A DNA stretch of 63,025 nt, counting the filler, from Reticulomyxa filosa (Eukaryota; Protista; Foraminifera): assembly GCA_000512085.1 (NCBI GenBank). It is 26 parts of 26 records of this genome, joined end to end, with 100 filler letters (N's around TTAATTAATTAA, not from the genome) between each part and the next. Parts side by side here need not be neighbours in the genome. Positions count along the whole stretch, not along the records: positions 11,696 to 13,384 come from ASPP01018397.1; positions 13,485 to 15,463 come from ASPP01004993.1; positions 15,564 to 17,034 come from ASPP01010514.1; positions 17,135 to 18,537 come from ASPP01004157.1; positions 18,638 to 26,009 come from ASPP01033528.1; 21 more parts are not named here. One strand, given 5' to 3'. The position numbers and the translations under genes are program-made. Position 1 is the first letter of the stretch; each line of letters opens with the position of its first letter. Positions 12,327 to 24,003 of the stretch are shown here, in pieces. The notes beneath the pieces are model-generated. The model was given only the letters and a program-made list of their open reading frames with translations, had not been told where the DNA came from and made no database searches.

Positions 12327-12932
12327 ATGCCGAAGCCCGGCCCTCGCCAGCGCATGCGAGGAATTCCCGACGACCTTGAGTTTCAGAGGCAGCTCTACAC
12401 GATCGTTGCCCATCTGGTGGTCGGGTTCGGGCAGTTGGATTTCGCTATCGACATGCTCGTCGGTCTGCTTTTCCGTGACTTCGGAGGGGCGTCGAAGCGC
12501 TGGAAAAAGATACCTGTTCCGTTCGAAAGCCGCATGGAATTCATCGCCGATTGCGCCGACAACCTCGCTGCAATTGGCAGGTATCGAGTGGCACTCCGTC
12601 GGATAGTCGACAGAGCTCCGTCGATCGCCATGATCCGCAACGACATCGCGCATGGATACCCCGGCAATTACCGACGCAGCGATCATCTGCTGACCTACGT
12701 CAAGGCAGCGGTCGATAAGGATAATCGATCCTTCCAGGTCGTGAGGATCCGAGACATTACGGTGAAACAGCTGCTCAGAGTGGGATCGCAAGCTGTCGAC
12801 TTGGCGGCGCATGTCTCGACCTTGAACATCAAGATGGCTGACGTTCGCATCAGGACCGAGAAAAACACACTGGCGCGAACATCGCCAGCACCGCCAGCAG
12901 CCCCGCGCCGCGCTCACGCCGCCATGCGCTGA
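12327..12932 (+). CDS. Bacterial hypothetical protein, ~200 aa
   Basis: Open ORF with AAGGGG upstream. Contains RNDIAHG, an RxxxxH motif like that of HEPN-type domains, after a helical N-terminus (LVVGFGQLDFAID). Confidence 0.65.
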   Translation: MPKPGPRQRMRGIPDDLEFQRQLYTIVAHLVVGFGQLDFAIDMLVGLLFRDFGGASKRWKKIPVPFESRMEFIADCADNLAAIGRYRVALRRIVDRAPSIAMIRNDIAHGYPGNYRRSDHLLTYVKAAVDKDNRSFQVVRIRDITVKQLLRVGSQAVDLAAHVSTLNIKMADVRIRTEKNTLARTSPAPPAAPRRAHAAMR

Positions 12933-13002
12933 AGCCGAGTAGTAAGGCTAAGTCTCCTTGCCCCACGGGTAGATTCAACTAAGTCCGGCGAAGGGGGAAA
13001 TC

Positions 13003-13384
13003 ATGAAAAAGGCCGCAGTACTATCGATGCTTCTGCTTGTAGCCGGCTGCGTTGAGCAGCAGCAGCAGGCAACTTTAACAACATCGATCAGCAAGTCGGA
13101 GATGGCTTGGGCACAGGGCGAAGGTAGGAACACTGTAACGGGGTTCGCTGTGCTCAGGACCATCGGAGGCGAAACGCGCACGTGTGGGGGCCTGTCAGCG
13201 CACCTCATTCCCGACAGTCCATATGCGCGCGAGCGCATGACCGCAATTTTTGGCAACGCGGTTAAGGGGCGGCGCGAGGCAAACTCGGGTGCCGTGAAAT
13301 TCAGCACGCCGGACGATCCGCTGTATCTATCTTTGATGCGGTCCACACGCTGCGACGGCCAAGGGACGTTCACCTTTGAACGTG
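13003..13384 (+). CDS. Bacterial lipoprotein (prealbumin/carboxypeptidase-regulatory-like fold), 3'-truncated
   Basis: Signal peptide with lipobox LVAGC. G.NTVTGFA.LRT.GG..RTC.G..V.LIP...Y and TRCDGQG.FTF motifs. GGGGG RBS-like run upstream. Confidence 0.8.
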
Positions 13385-13559
13385 NNNNNNNNNNNNNNNN
13401 NNNNNNNNNNNNNNNNNNNNNNNNNNNNTTAATTAATTAANNNNNNNNNNNNNNNNNNNNNNNNNNNNNNNNNNNNNNNNNNNNTTATTATTTATTATTA
13501 TTTATTGTTATTGTTGTTATTGTTATTATATGGGTATGCATGTGCGTATGATGTGGAAT

Positions 13560-14061
13560 AACAACACAAAAAAAAGATCGAAAAACAAGCGATTATTACG
13601 AGCATTTGTTTGGCGGAGTGGTGTTTCGATTGTTTGTGGAACAAAGCTTTTGTGAAGTGGTATTTTTGGCAATTCAGCCATGCCATCAAAGCAAAGGCTT
13701 TGGAGCGCGCTTGATGAATCATTTGAAAGAGATTCTGAAAGAATACAAAATCAACCACATATTGACCTTTGCGGACAATAGCGCCGTTGGCTATTTCAAC
13801 AAACAAGGGTTCAATAAAAACGTGACGTTGCCAAAAGTAGTTTGGCATAAATACATCAAAACGTACAATAGTGCCATCTTAATGGAATGCCAAATTATGG
13901 ACGAAATCAATTATTGCTTTTTGAAAGAACAGCTGCTACGACAAAGAATACATTTGTTCCATCATTTGAAGCCGCACACACAATCTCATATTTTGAGAAC
14001 TACCGACAACATCACGTTTCCGATTCTTAATTACATTGGTTCGCTTTTTTTTCATATCTAG
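13560..14061 (+). CDS. GCN5: GCN5/PCAF-type histone acetyltransferase domain (3' part)
   Basis: GGVVFR.F....FCEVVFLAI (catalytic Glu), QSKGFG acetyl-CoA motif, LMNHLKE, LTFADNSAVGYF.KQGF, YIK.Y....LMEC. Confidence 0.9.
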
Positions 14062-14532
14062 CTTTTTTTTGTTTTTAACGTCTTCTATATCGTTTTTCAA
14101 ACAATTGCTCAAAATTACGAACATATATTTCTATCGATTATCAAAATTCAGTTCTCGTCACTAATTTTTTTCTGGATATATGCACACAACGAGTCTTGTT
14201 TGTCCTCTGTCGTTTTGGACATTGACATATGATGGGGACACTCGTTCAAAGTTTTAGCCAATTTTTTTTTCTGTATTTGTCAGTTAAAATTGCTCATACG
14301 TTTTATTAGAAAGTCAAAATAAAATGAATTACCTCTTGACAACGTCTCTGCTTAATGTAGATGTTTCCAGGATTAGTAACTCTTGAAAAAACTGAGCAAA
14401 CGCAGGGGGGCACCTACTGGGAAAAAATCACAAGAAAAAAATAATAATGACACAACCCGCACAAGCAACGGCAGATACATATGAGCAGGCCAGCCGCAAG
14501 GCCAACAATTGGGCCGACAAATTGAGTCCAGT

Positions 14533-15402
14533 ATGGGAAATTTCAAAAATATGATGAGTAGCATATCACTGGTGGGCGACGCCAAACATTTCCAGGAAGG
14601 AAGAAATAAATTTGACGCCTTAAAACAAAACTTGGAAAGTAAAAGTGAGAAAGCAAAATTGGAAGCAATGAAAACATTGATAGCACATATGACATTGGGA
14701 CGCGATGTCTCGCAATTATTTCCACATGTAGTCAAGAACGTGGTGGTAGATTCCATGGAAGTCAAAAAATTAGTTTACATGTTTGTCGTACACTACGCCG
14801 CCCAAAATCAAAACTTGGCATTGTTGGCGATTTCCTCATTCCAAAAAGGTTATCCCCTTTGTGCCCTCAACGTTATCTTTCTATTCATTAAAAAGTACAA
14901 CGTTTTTTTTTTAAAAAAAAAAGGGGGGGGGAGGGATTAAACTTAAGAAAATTTATTTTTTGAAATGTTTAAAAAATAAAAAACAACAGACATGTCATCT
15001 CCTAATCCGTTGGTGCGTGCCAAGGCCTTACAAGCAATGGCGACAATGCGTGTGGGCGCAGTAGCGCATTTGATAATAATCCATTTGAAAAACGCGGTGA
15101 AAGACAGTAGCGCCTACGTACGTCGAACAGCAGCGCAAGTGTTGCCAGTGGTATTGAAGTTGGATGCGAAATTTCGACCCGATCTGATATTTATGCTGAC
15201 CACGTTGTTGAATGACGAGTCGGTGGTGGTGTTGTCCGGAGCACTGTACTCATTCCAGCAAATATGTCCAAGCAACTGGGATGTGATTCATCCTAATTTT
15301 CGAAAGATATGTCACCTCTTGGCTGACATGGATGAATGGGGGCAAACAGTTGCCTTGGAGATTTTATTGAGATACGCACGAAACCAATTCGCTTCACCAT
15401 TA
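14533..15402 (+). CDS. AP3B: AP-3 complex beta subunit, N-terminal exons
   Basis: Exon to 14848 and exon from 14990 splice as FQK|DMSSPNPLVRAKAL. Motifs KLEAMK.LIA.M..GRDVS.LFP.VVKNV, KKLVY, YVRRTAA, IHP.FRK.C.LL.D.DEWGQ, LLRYAR.QF are diagnostic of AP3 beta. Confidence 0.92.
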
Positions 15403-15734
15403 GTTCCTTTTTATATATACATATATATATATGTATATATGTACATATATCTAAAAAAAAAAANNNNNNNNNNNNNNNNNNNNNNNNNNNNNNNNNNNNN
15501 NNNNNNNTTAATTAATTAANNNNNNNNNNNNNNNNNNNNNNNNNNNNNNNNNNNNNNNNNNNNAAAAAAGTTAGTTTTTTTTTTTTTTGTTACCCCCGTT
15601 TTTTTTTTTTTTTTTCCTCTTTTTTTTACAAACCCCTCACCCCCTTCCCTTTCTTCTATCAAAAAAAAGAAAAGTAATAAAGACACAGTACTTTTACGCA
15701 TTGGCGACGAGGTATTTGTGGATGACGAATTAGA

Positions 15735-16900
15735 CCAACTTCCGGATTTGGACATCGAGAGGCAACGCCAGACCCGCAAGCTATGCATTTTGTCAATCAC
15801 GCGCCCAATATCAATAACAACAACGACAATAACAATGTGGGCGTGCAGGAGGCTAAGAACGCAGGAACCTTGGTTGCGAACAAAGACTTGGCAGCACAAG
15901 TGGCAGTAGTGAAGAACGAACCAGTACCTGTCACTGTCGCAACGACAGTGGCAGCAGCAACAGGAGCGATGAAAGCTCCATTGACAAACAACAACAACAA
16001 CAACAACACATCTATGATGCTGTCGACAGCGCAGATCGACAAAAGTAGCAACAAAAAGGTCGTGGTTGACGCAGGGGTGCAAAAACAGCATTACACCCGT
16101 GGCAGTGAAGAGCATGTCCCGTCGGTGGGAGATAGTCAGCGCAACCACGAAGAAGAGATGACCGGCAGCGAACTGTACGGAGATTCGCAAGGAATCGTTG
16201 ATGACGACGAGCCTTCCCAAATTGCAAACGCCAATGCGAAGATATCAAATGAGATCGAAAGATACGATTTGATCGACAAGGAAGTGCCTTTGATCAGCGA
16301 CAATGAAGAGATATTGCCCATTGATCCGTTGCATGACGCTGATCAGGACCCCAATCTGGGCGTGCTTGTCGAAGATGAAGAAGATGAAGAGGCCTTCGAA
16401 TCAAAAGTGCCCGTCCCAAAAGACAGTCCAAGCACGAGTAATAACAAGTGGATGAATCCCGTGAAACGGCCTAATCCACAAGAAGACGAAAGCGAGATCG
16501 ACATCATTGACGAAGAGATGAAGAAAACACAAGACGACAATGACAATGACAATGGCAATACGCGTGGAGGTGGTGACGATTCCGTGGCCCCTTTGCCACA
16601 CATGGGCGTTGCGGAAGAGATACTCGATGATGAGGAACTCGAACATTGGCAGGCGAAAGGGAACACAGTGGAGATGTCCAAGTCATCGTCGAATCGATAC
16701 AATCATGCGCCGCTCAAAGACACCGATATGAAAGGACCTATTCCAGGCAAGGTGTGGCTTGCTGCAAAAAATGATATTCAAGAGTCTCTGGATGGAAATC
16801 ATCATCGTCGGCAGTCGACACGTCTGTTATTGGACAGTTTGCGGCCGAGCATTACACATGAACAAAGCCTGTTAACAAGTCAAGTGACAAGTGACATAAA
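15735..16900 (+). CDS. Acidic, low-complexity hypothetical protein exon
   Basis: 382-aa ORF with Asn/Asp/Glu runs and coding-like GC; no domain recognised. Confidence 0.65.
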
Positions 16901-17559
16901 ATATATATATATATATATAAAAGAATTGTGATTGATATACATATATATATATATATATATATATGTATATGTGTGTCTAGAAATTGATGGAAATTTCCAC
17001 ACAACATATACATATCTATACTATACTATGCATGNNNNNNNNNNNNNNNNNNNNNNNNNNNNNNNNNNNNNNNNNNNNTTAATTAATTAANNNNNNNNNN
17101 NNNNNNNNNNNNNNNNNNNNNNNNNNNNNNNNNNTATTCCTCGCATTTAATTGAGTTGTAATGATAATAATAATATCACGCACTGAAACTAAATTGCATC
17201 CTCGAAAGGGATTGAGTATATTTACTTTATTTAATATAAAGGATATAATTTTTATTTGTTTAATTTTGGCAGATCAGTGTTTTTAAATATAGTTCAATCA
17301 TACATCTGAAAAGTTAAAAACTAGTACATGTCAATTTAAAATTAGGAAATGAAAAACCCCACAAATAAAATCTCAGTAGTGGGTCATATTATTAGTTGAA
17401 ATAAGCTAAACAAACAGTTTGACGGTCAAGTGAAACTCGAGAAAACATTTGATCGAGTTTTAGAAAGGAAACATCATTTAGGAAAACAGTTAAACAATAC
17501 AAATTAGTTTCACAAAGGAACATCAGTTCGACATCACAGTTAAAGATATTTAAATGGAA

Positions 17560-18131
17560 AAAGAAAGTTATACATGAAGATCTAATCGAACTGAGACAAG
17601 CCTCGCAAGAGAAGACGATTCTTTCGACTAAGTAATAATTGCCCAGGACTTTGACAAGCTCATCAAGATTTTTCAAAAGAGTAGAAAAATCGACGATCGA
17701 CGTGTCTTTCCGATTATTATTATCTAAGCGATCAAATCCAATGGTGATCATGACTTTGATGAAGTAATGATCTATGTGTTTGAGGATCGAAACCCCATTT
17801 CATCGGCCTTTTCAACAATACATTCCGAGTTGCGATCGACCATGGCAATGATCAGTTTGGCTAAGTGAGTAAGTTCCTCCTTGAAAAGGTACTTCAACTG
17901 GTCGTAGTCGATAGGCCAAAGATATTCATCGGGTATGAGCAAGATGTTGTCGGGATGAGTGTCTCTATTGAACTCCACGTTTTTGAAAATCTGGTATCCT
18001 TGTACCAATAGCAGTGTCTTCAGAAAAAGCGCCAGATTGGGCACCACGAGTGCATCATACGAGAGATAGTGCACTGACGCCGACAGGCTGCCAGGCCATG
18101 TTGCAGGATGAACAGAAAGGTAAGCATGCAA
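17560..18131 (-). pseudogene. ABC1/ADCK (UbiB) atypical kinase pseudogene fragment
   Basis: GYQIFKNVEFNRDTHPDNILLIPDEYLWPIDYDQ is a degenerate form of F.GDPHPGNILL..DG..GLIDYGQ. In-frame stop at 17772. Confidence 0.7.
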
Positions 18132-18969
18132 TTGAGTAAAACGTTAGTAAGTTGTGCAAATATCTCAACTTCTTTAATGTGTATAATAGAAGAAAGATTA
18201 TCACGCAACAAGCATGAAGGGGAGAGGAGCGAGAAAAAAGTTGGCCAAAGCAACAAATGGGTGTGTGTGGAAACATAAATTAACAATAAATAAATAGAAA
18301 CTTTAGTAATTTTGGGAAATAAAAACTGAAAAGTCAGTTTTTCTTGGATTTGGTAATGACGCTAACGAGTTAAACAAACACAGCGGAACGGGTCCTGAGA
18401 ATAAAAAAGTTTTTTTGATGTTGTAATCAATGATCTTTTAAAGCACGGACAGCTATTGAATATCCAACAAAAAGAAAATGAAGAAAAAAGCTTTGTCATT
18501 GTGGTGGGTGTTATGGTGTAGCACTTTGGCTGTGTGGNNNNNNNNNNNNNNNNNNNNNNNNNNNNNNNNNNNNNNNNNNNNTTAATTAATTAANNNNNNN
18601 NNNNNNNNNNNNNNNNNNNNNNNNNNNNNNNNNNNNNTTGTGTTATTTTTTTAAAGAATATGACACAAAGGAAAGAGACGACCAAAAAGAAAGTACAAAA
18701 CGTAAATGATACAAATAAAGATATAAATATTATGCATACTTAAAAAAAAACATGAAAAAACAAAAAGTGGATGAAATGGTGGAATAAAAGAGAACAAAAA
18801 GATAAAACAGAGATATTGAAAATTTAAAACAATGTCAAATGAATAATTTGGAGCGTGGTTATTGAGTAAATCCAAATGGAAATATGAAATTACAAAAGAT
18901 GATATTTCTTTATTTGCTTTTCCATTGACGCTTACCTTGATTTTGTTACGTATTTTTTATTTTTAACAG

Positions 18970-19290
18970 GTGGATGGAAGAGAAAAATTGATAACAATAA
19001 AAAAATTGACATTTCAAGAACTTCTTCGTCAAAGTTATTATTGTTTGAAACAAATAGATTTCGAAAAAATCAATAAAGAAAATTTAAAATTGCACTTGGT
19101 TGATAAGGATGATAACGTAGTTGAATCGGATGAAGATGTGAAAAAAGATTTTATACTGATAAACCTATATTTAAAATAACTTGGGTCCCAATAATTGGAA
19201 AAACAAAAACAGTAAAAAATGAACTGGTGATAATGATTGCAATCAGTGAATACATAGATAATGAAACATGGGGGAATCTTCCAATATCTT
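18970..19290 (+). pseudogene. Fragment of PB1-like + caspase-like (peptidase C14) family gene
   Basis: L.LVD.DD.VVESDEDV (PB1/OPCA-like acidic motif), then a frameshift, then KNELVIMIAISEYIDNETWGNL, which resembles the first strand of caspase/metacaspase domains (ALVI.I..Y....L). The catalytic His/Cys region is absent. Confidence 0.45.
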
Positions 19291-19967
19291 TCTTCAAAAC
19301 GAAGAACGGTTTACAAAACAAAATAACCTTCAGGAGTATCAGTATGTCACATTCGAAAATAGTGATACAATAAAGTCTCATGGAGAAACAGCACATACAA
19401 TTATTTCCTTGGAAAAAAGAAAAAAAGAAATAACAATGTTTGCCAAAACTTTTTTTACAATATTCAAATGTCTTTCAATTCCAAAACCGTTAAAAACAAC
19501 AGAAACAAAGAACTATAACGTTTAAACTGAATGTTCTTTTTCACAAAACTCAAGACAAAAGATAACATTTTTTGGTTTTTTAAGTCCACATTGCCATAGT
19601 TTTTTTTGGTTGATCGAAATTATTTGTAATTCAAACTTTTCACTTTTTCTTCTTTTTAAGAAAGCAAAATTGCATGAGCTGTCGTTGTTAAAAAAGTTTA
19701 GTCCAAATAATATCTGTTTCCATGTTACTTAACACGAAAAACTCTAGAATGTTCTTTTAATTTTATTTCTTTGTAAAAGGGTGTGTTAATTGATATTATT
19801 CATGAGTAACATAAATAGTTTACTTCTAGCGTTTCTGTATGAGCAAATAATAATATATATATCTAAACAAACAACACATTCAAGTATTTTGAATCGATTG
19901 GTGAAATTCCGGTGAAATAACTTTGATTTTTGACAAAGTTAGACTGCGATCAGTATTGCTACAAACG

Positions 19968-21126
19968 AATGAAGAGTTACTTGTATCAATCAGCACTGAT
20001 ACTATTGTAATTTGGAGCGATTGAAGTATATTCTTAAATGCAGTATATGGGTGAATTGGACTGATAGTTCAAGATTTTTATACTTTAGATTGGATTGAAA
20101 TTGAATACTCAATCAAAGATGCAATTACAAATATCGGATGCGAAATTGAAAGTTTGAAAAAAGCAATTGAATATTCAATAGAAAATTATAGAAGCAATGA
20201 CAAAATATTTTTGACTCTAAGTGATTGCAAATTTGCTGTTAATGCAATACTAAACAAAGTACATCCTGATAAATACGAAAAACAAATACAGAAATGTCAT
20301 GATATTCTACAGTCTCTTGGAAAGCAAGATACACCAGAGATATACTGGATCAAGGGACATTCCGGAATCCCAGTAAATGAAAAAGCGGATAAACTGGCAA
20401 AAAAAGAAAGTAAAAAAGCTTAGAATTGTCAATCAGAATTACATCATATTGTGAACAAGGAAAAAATAATACTTAACAATCCATGACTGGCTCCATCCTA
20501 TGCAATTGAGTGGAATCGTCACTGGATAAATGAAGGTTCAGAACAAAGAAGACACCAGCGTCCGAAACAATTTCTAAGAAACTTAATCGAAGCGCAATCG
20601 TTTGAAAAGATTGTATTCAATCGATTGCAATCACATGAAAGAAAGATTATCTGTAGACTAATAACAGGAAAAGCTTGTTTGAATCAATACCTGCATATTA
20701 TCAAAAAAGCAAAGTCATCTGAATGTAGATTGTGCATACAAGAAGTAGACTATGTGGAATATTTTTTGATGAAATGTCCATACTATGAATCCATTAGTAA
20801 AACCTGGTATTCAAACGTCAAGATTTTGGTACCAGAATTACAAGAAAGAAACTTAAAATTGATAGAATTACTCATATGACGGACAACATGGAGACCTGAC
20901 ATCAGAGTAAAGGTTGTGCAAGCTGTGAAATTAGTAGTAGCGTCAAAAAGAAATATATAACGTCAAATAACGAAATGGAAAACGGCATATACAAATACAT
21001 AGAGCTATGTAATTGAGAAAATAGTTGATTTGTTTTGCGATTGTTTCTTATTTTATTTAATAGTGTTATATCCACTGGATCAGGGCACTCTAACTTGCTT
21101 GTTATACGCAATTTGAAAAAAAAAAA
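19968..21126 (+). mobile_element. 5'-truncated non-LTR retrotransposon 3' end: RNase H + C-terminal zinc knuckle + A-tail
   Basis: One frame reads IVIWSD*S...G*IG...EIESL..A...LSDCKFAV...WIKGHSGIPVNEKADKLAK (RNase H). Then RLITG...LNQYLH......C.LC.....VEYFLMKCP, a short 3' UTR and an A-run at 21116-21126. Confidence 0.85.
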
Positions 21127-21312
21127 TTAATCAAAAGCAATATTTTCATATTACACTTTGTGCAAGTCTTCACCAATATCATTCTATCAGTTTTTTGGTA
21201 AATAATATATAATATGCATTACTGTATATTGCATATTTCAAAGTCAAATAAGTTAAAAAAGAAAATATTTTATATTAATTTATAAAGTCATCATAAGTTC
21301 GTTTTAGAAAGA

Positions 21313-22813
21313 TTATTTAACTGTTTTTGCAATTGGACCCGATCCAACGCATATATTGTCATCATAAAAAACAACAAACTGACCTACTGTTGGAGCTCGA
21401 ACAGGTTTGTCCATTTGAAACTTGACCCATTCAGAATACATTGCAAACGACACTTTGGTTTGGATTAAGTCTTGTGGTAAGCGGCAGCGAGAAAAGCCTT
21501 GCCAAAGAACGCATTTGTTGACAGAGTTTAGAAAGGAGTGTTTGTGGCTTTCGCTTAGCCAATGCCACTGAGTGATATGTACATAAACGCAAGTAGAGAA
21601 GAGTTTGTAGTGATTGTATTTCCCAACGAATAAAACATTATTAATGATATCTTTGTCAATCACATATAACTTATCCAAATGAAATGGTTTTTCGATGTAA
21701 GGTATCCTCTGTCCGATGGTATAAAACGCCACCCCTTTGTGTTGCATATTTAACTTTAGCCTCGTGTCATTGTTAACATAAACAACATCACCATTTTTTA
21801 CGTCAATGAACTCCTCCAAAAAAATCGGAAAATTTTTTGGCACCAACATAACACAATCCTATCAAAAAAAAAAATATATATATATGTATATATGTATATA
21901 CATATATATCATTGTTATTATTACTATTAATAACAAATATCAAATTTGCTATTTTTTTTTATAACAAAAAAACACCTTTGCTTGAACGTTTATTCCACAA
22001 AAATTGAAACATATTTTCTGGTTTCCGAAGAGATTGCAAAGTGTGTCCATTTGCGCAATGATGTTTCATGAACAGACGAATATGCGCTTTGCGCAAAGTG
22101 GATAAAGGGAAGATATGGTAATAAAGGGAAGAGTAATGGATTTGCGACAAGAAGTAGGTTTGGTCTTGAGAGACGTCAGTCGGGACCATCAACTGTGGGG
22201 TCCACTGTTGTATCGGTGAATGGTGTTTGTTTTGTTCGAATACGTGTGGAGACCATCCAATGTCCGCGTAGTGTCCCGTGGCAAAGTAATCGAGTTTGAG
22301 TTGCTGCAAAATGTCTTGTTGGATTATGCCAAATTGCAAGATTTTGCCACATTGAATATCCGGATTCGGTGTTTGTGTACCCGTTTTCAATTGTTCGATG
22401 AATGGACAAAATACTTGTGTCCAGTACTCGTCATAGTATTCCCTTATTTTGTAAGGCATTTCCAAATATTCGCAGATCTTTGTAAAGTCTTCCAACTCCC
22501 TTTCGTCGCATTGATAGTAGTCGTTTTGCTTTGCTCCGATCCCAATTGCCTTTGACTTGGACCGGTCGCTATGGCTGTACAGCCGGTTCCAATTTCGAAA
22601 GTGAATCCCAACGCAATCAAAGTTGTATATCTTCTTTAATATATACGCACTAAAGGCTGAGTCAACCCCACCGCTTATGCCAATACCAATTTTTATCTCT
22701 GATGGCTTTCTTTTCTCGTAAGGGGGCAAGAGTTTGCTCAAAGGGGGCCATGCCATTTTTCCTGCGCTTTCTTCCAGCGCACAAAACAATCTCTTTGAAT
22801 AAAGAAAAGCCAT
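21313..22813 (-). CDS. TRMU: tRNA-specific 2-thiouridylase MnmA/TRMU (organellar), 2 exons
   Basis: SGGVDS PP-loop, TPNPDIQC, ATGHYA, DQTYFL, SKG|LCYVG across intron 21859-21975, YTIGQR, GQFVVFY...C.GSG.I. One apparent extra T in the run at 21818-21824. Confidence 0.93.
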
Positions 22814-24003
22814 GGTCTCCAACACTGTGCTTGCAATGTAGCTAAGATCAAATCCAAGTAATCCAGAGACTTTTTGCTGCTATTTTGATGACAATCCATC
22901 AAATTCACTTTTTATGTCAACTTTGAGAAACCCTAACACAGTCGCGGGTTGTTGACAAGAAAAATCAAACAGAATAAGATCTGGTATATTTTGACTGTTG
23001 AAATATTTAAGTAAAGTTGTGCATACATTTTAAAAAAATAATCTCATTCATTAAGATACTTTTTCTGATTGTGAGTATTCATTCCCGCAAGTGTTTTTTT
23101 TCCAGAAAAATTCTCACGTTCAAAAACCCAATAAAAACTGTTAATTGTGTAAAAAGATAAGTTCTGAAATACAGACAAGAAAAGCTCTGAAACTCAGTTT
23201 GTTAAATTTCTCAACACCCTTTTAGCTCCTTTGTTTTCGCGTGTAACAATATTTCAAGTATTGCACAATTACTTACAATTTTGCAATGTTTATTGAAAAA
23301 TCGAGCTTTGGTGAAGTGTTGTGTCACTCAAACAGTAAAAAGAGTTTTTAACGTATTTTTGTAAGGAGAAAAAAACAGAACAAAACAACTGTTGTACAAA
23401 TTTTTGGCACTGACGGATACTATTTTTTGAGCCTCGTGCTTGAATTACAAAAACGAACATTCAACGCTTCAAATAAATGGAAAAAATCGCAATAATAACG
23501 AGTGTACCACGAACAAACAATTGTAGTGTCCGGAAGGTTTTTGAAGTGATCATTTAAATGAAAACAAGGGTTCACTGTTGGCAATCTCAGTTACTGGCCC
23601 AATCTGGCATCTCTCTGAAACATTGTTCTTCATTTTTTTAAAAGAAGAGATATCCAGAATAAATCGCATTTTTTGATACAATTTTTTAGCAGCCTTCGGA
23701 ATAGTGAGCGTCCATTGTTAAGACTACAATGGATGTATCATTAGCATCACTGAGAAGAGACAAAGAAGCTTTTTTTTTTTTTATTGCCGGAAACAATTCA
23801 TTTAATTGTTGCGCAATGCAGAGCATGGGTCATTGTTTATCCTTTTATGTATAAAAACTCCCTCCTTTTCATTTATTCGTCGTTTGCTATGACAAGAAGT
23901 GAAAATTGATAAAATGAGATTGGCCCAAAATCGAGCATATTATGGACCCACACTTATTTGTCAAAATGTTGGGACACACAATAAAAAAAAAAAAAACACC
24001 GAT

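Noticed and set aside
20022-20054. In-frame TGA codons suggesting an alternative genetic code or selenocysteine
   Set aside because: They lie in a dead retroelement at Gly positions, and intact genes here use TGA as stop (33702, 36664, 24004).
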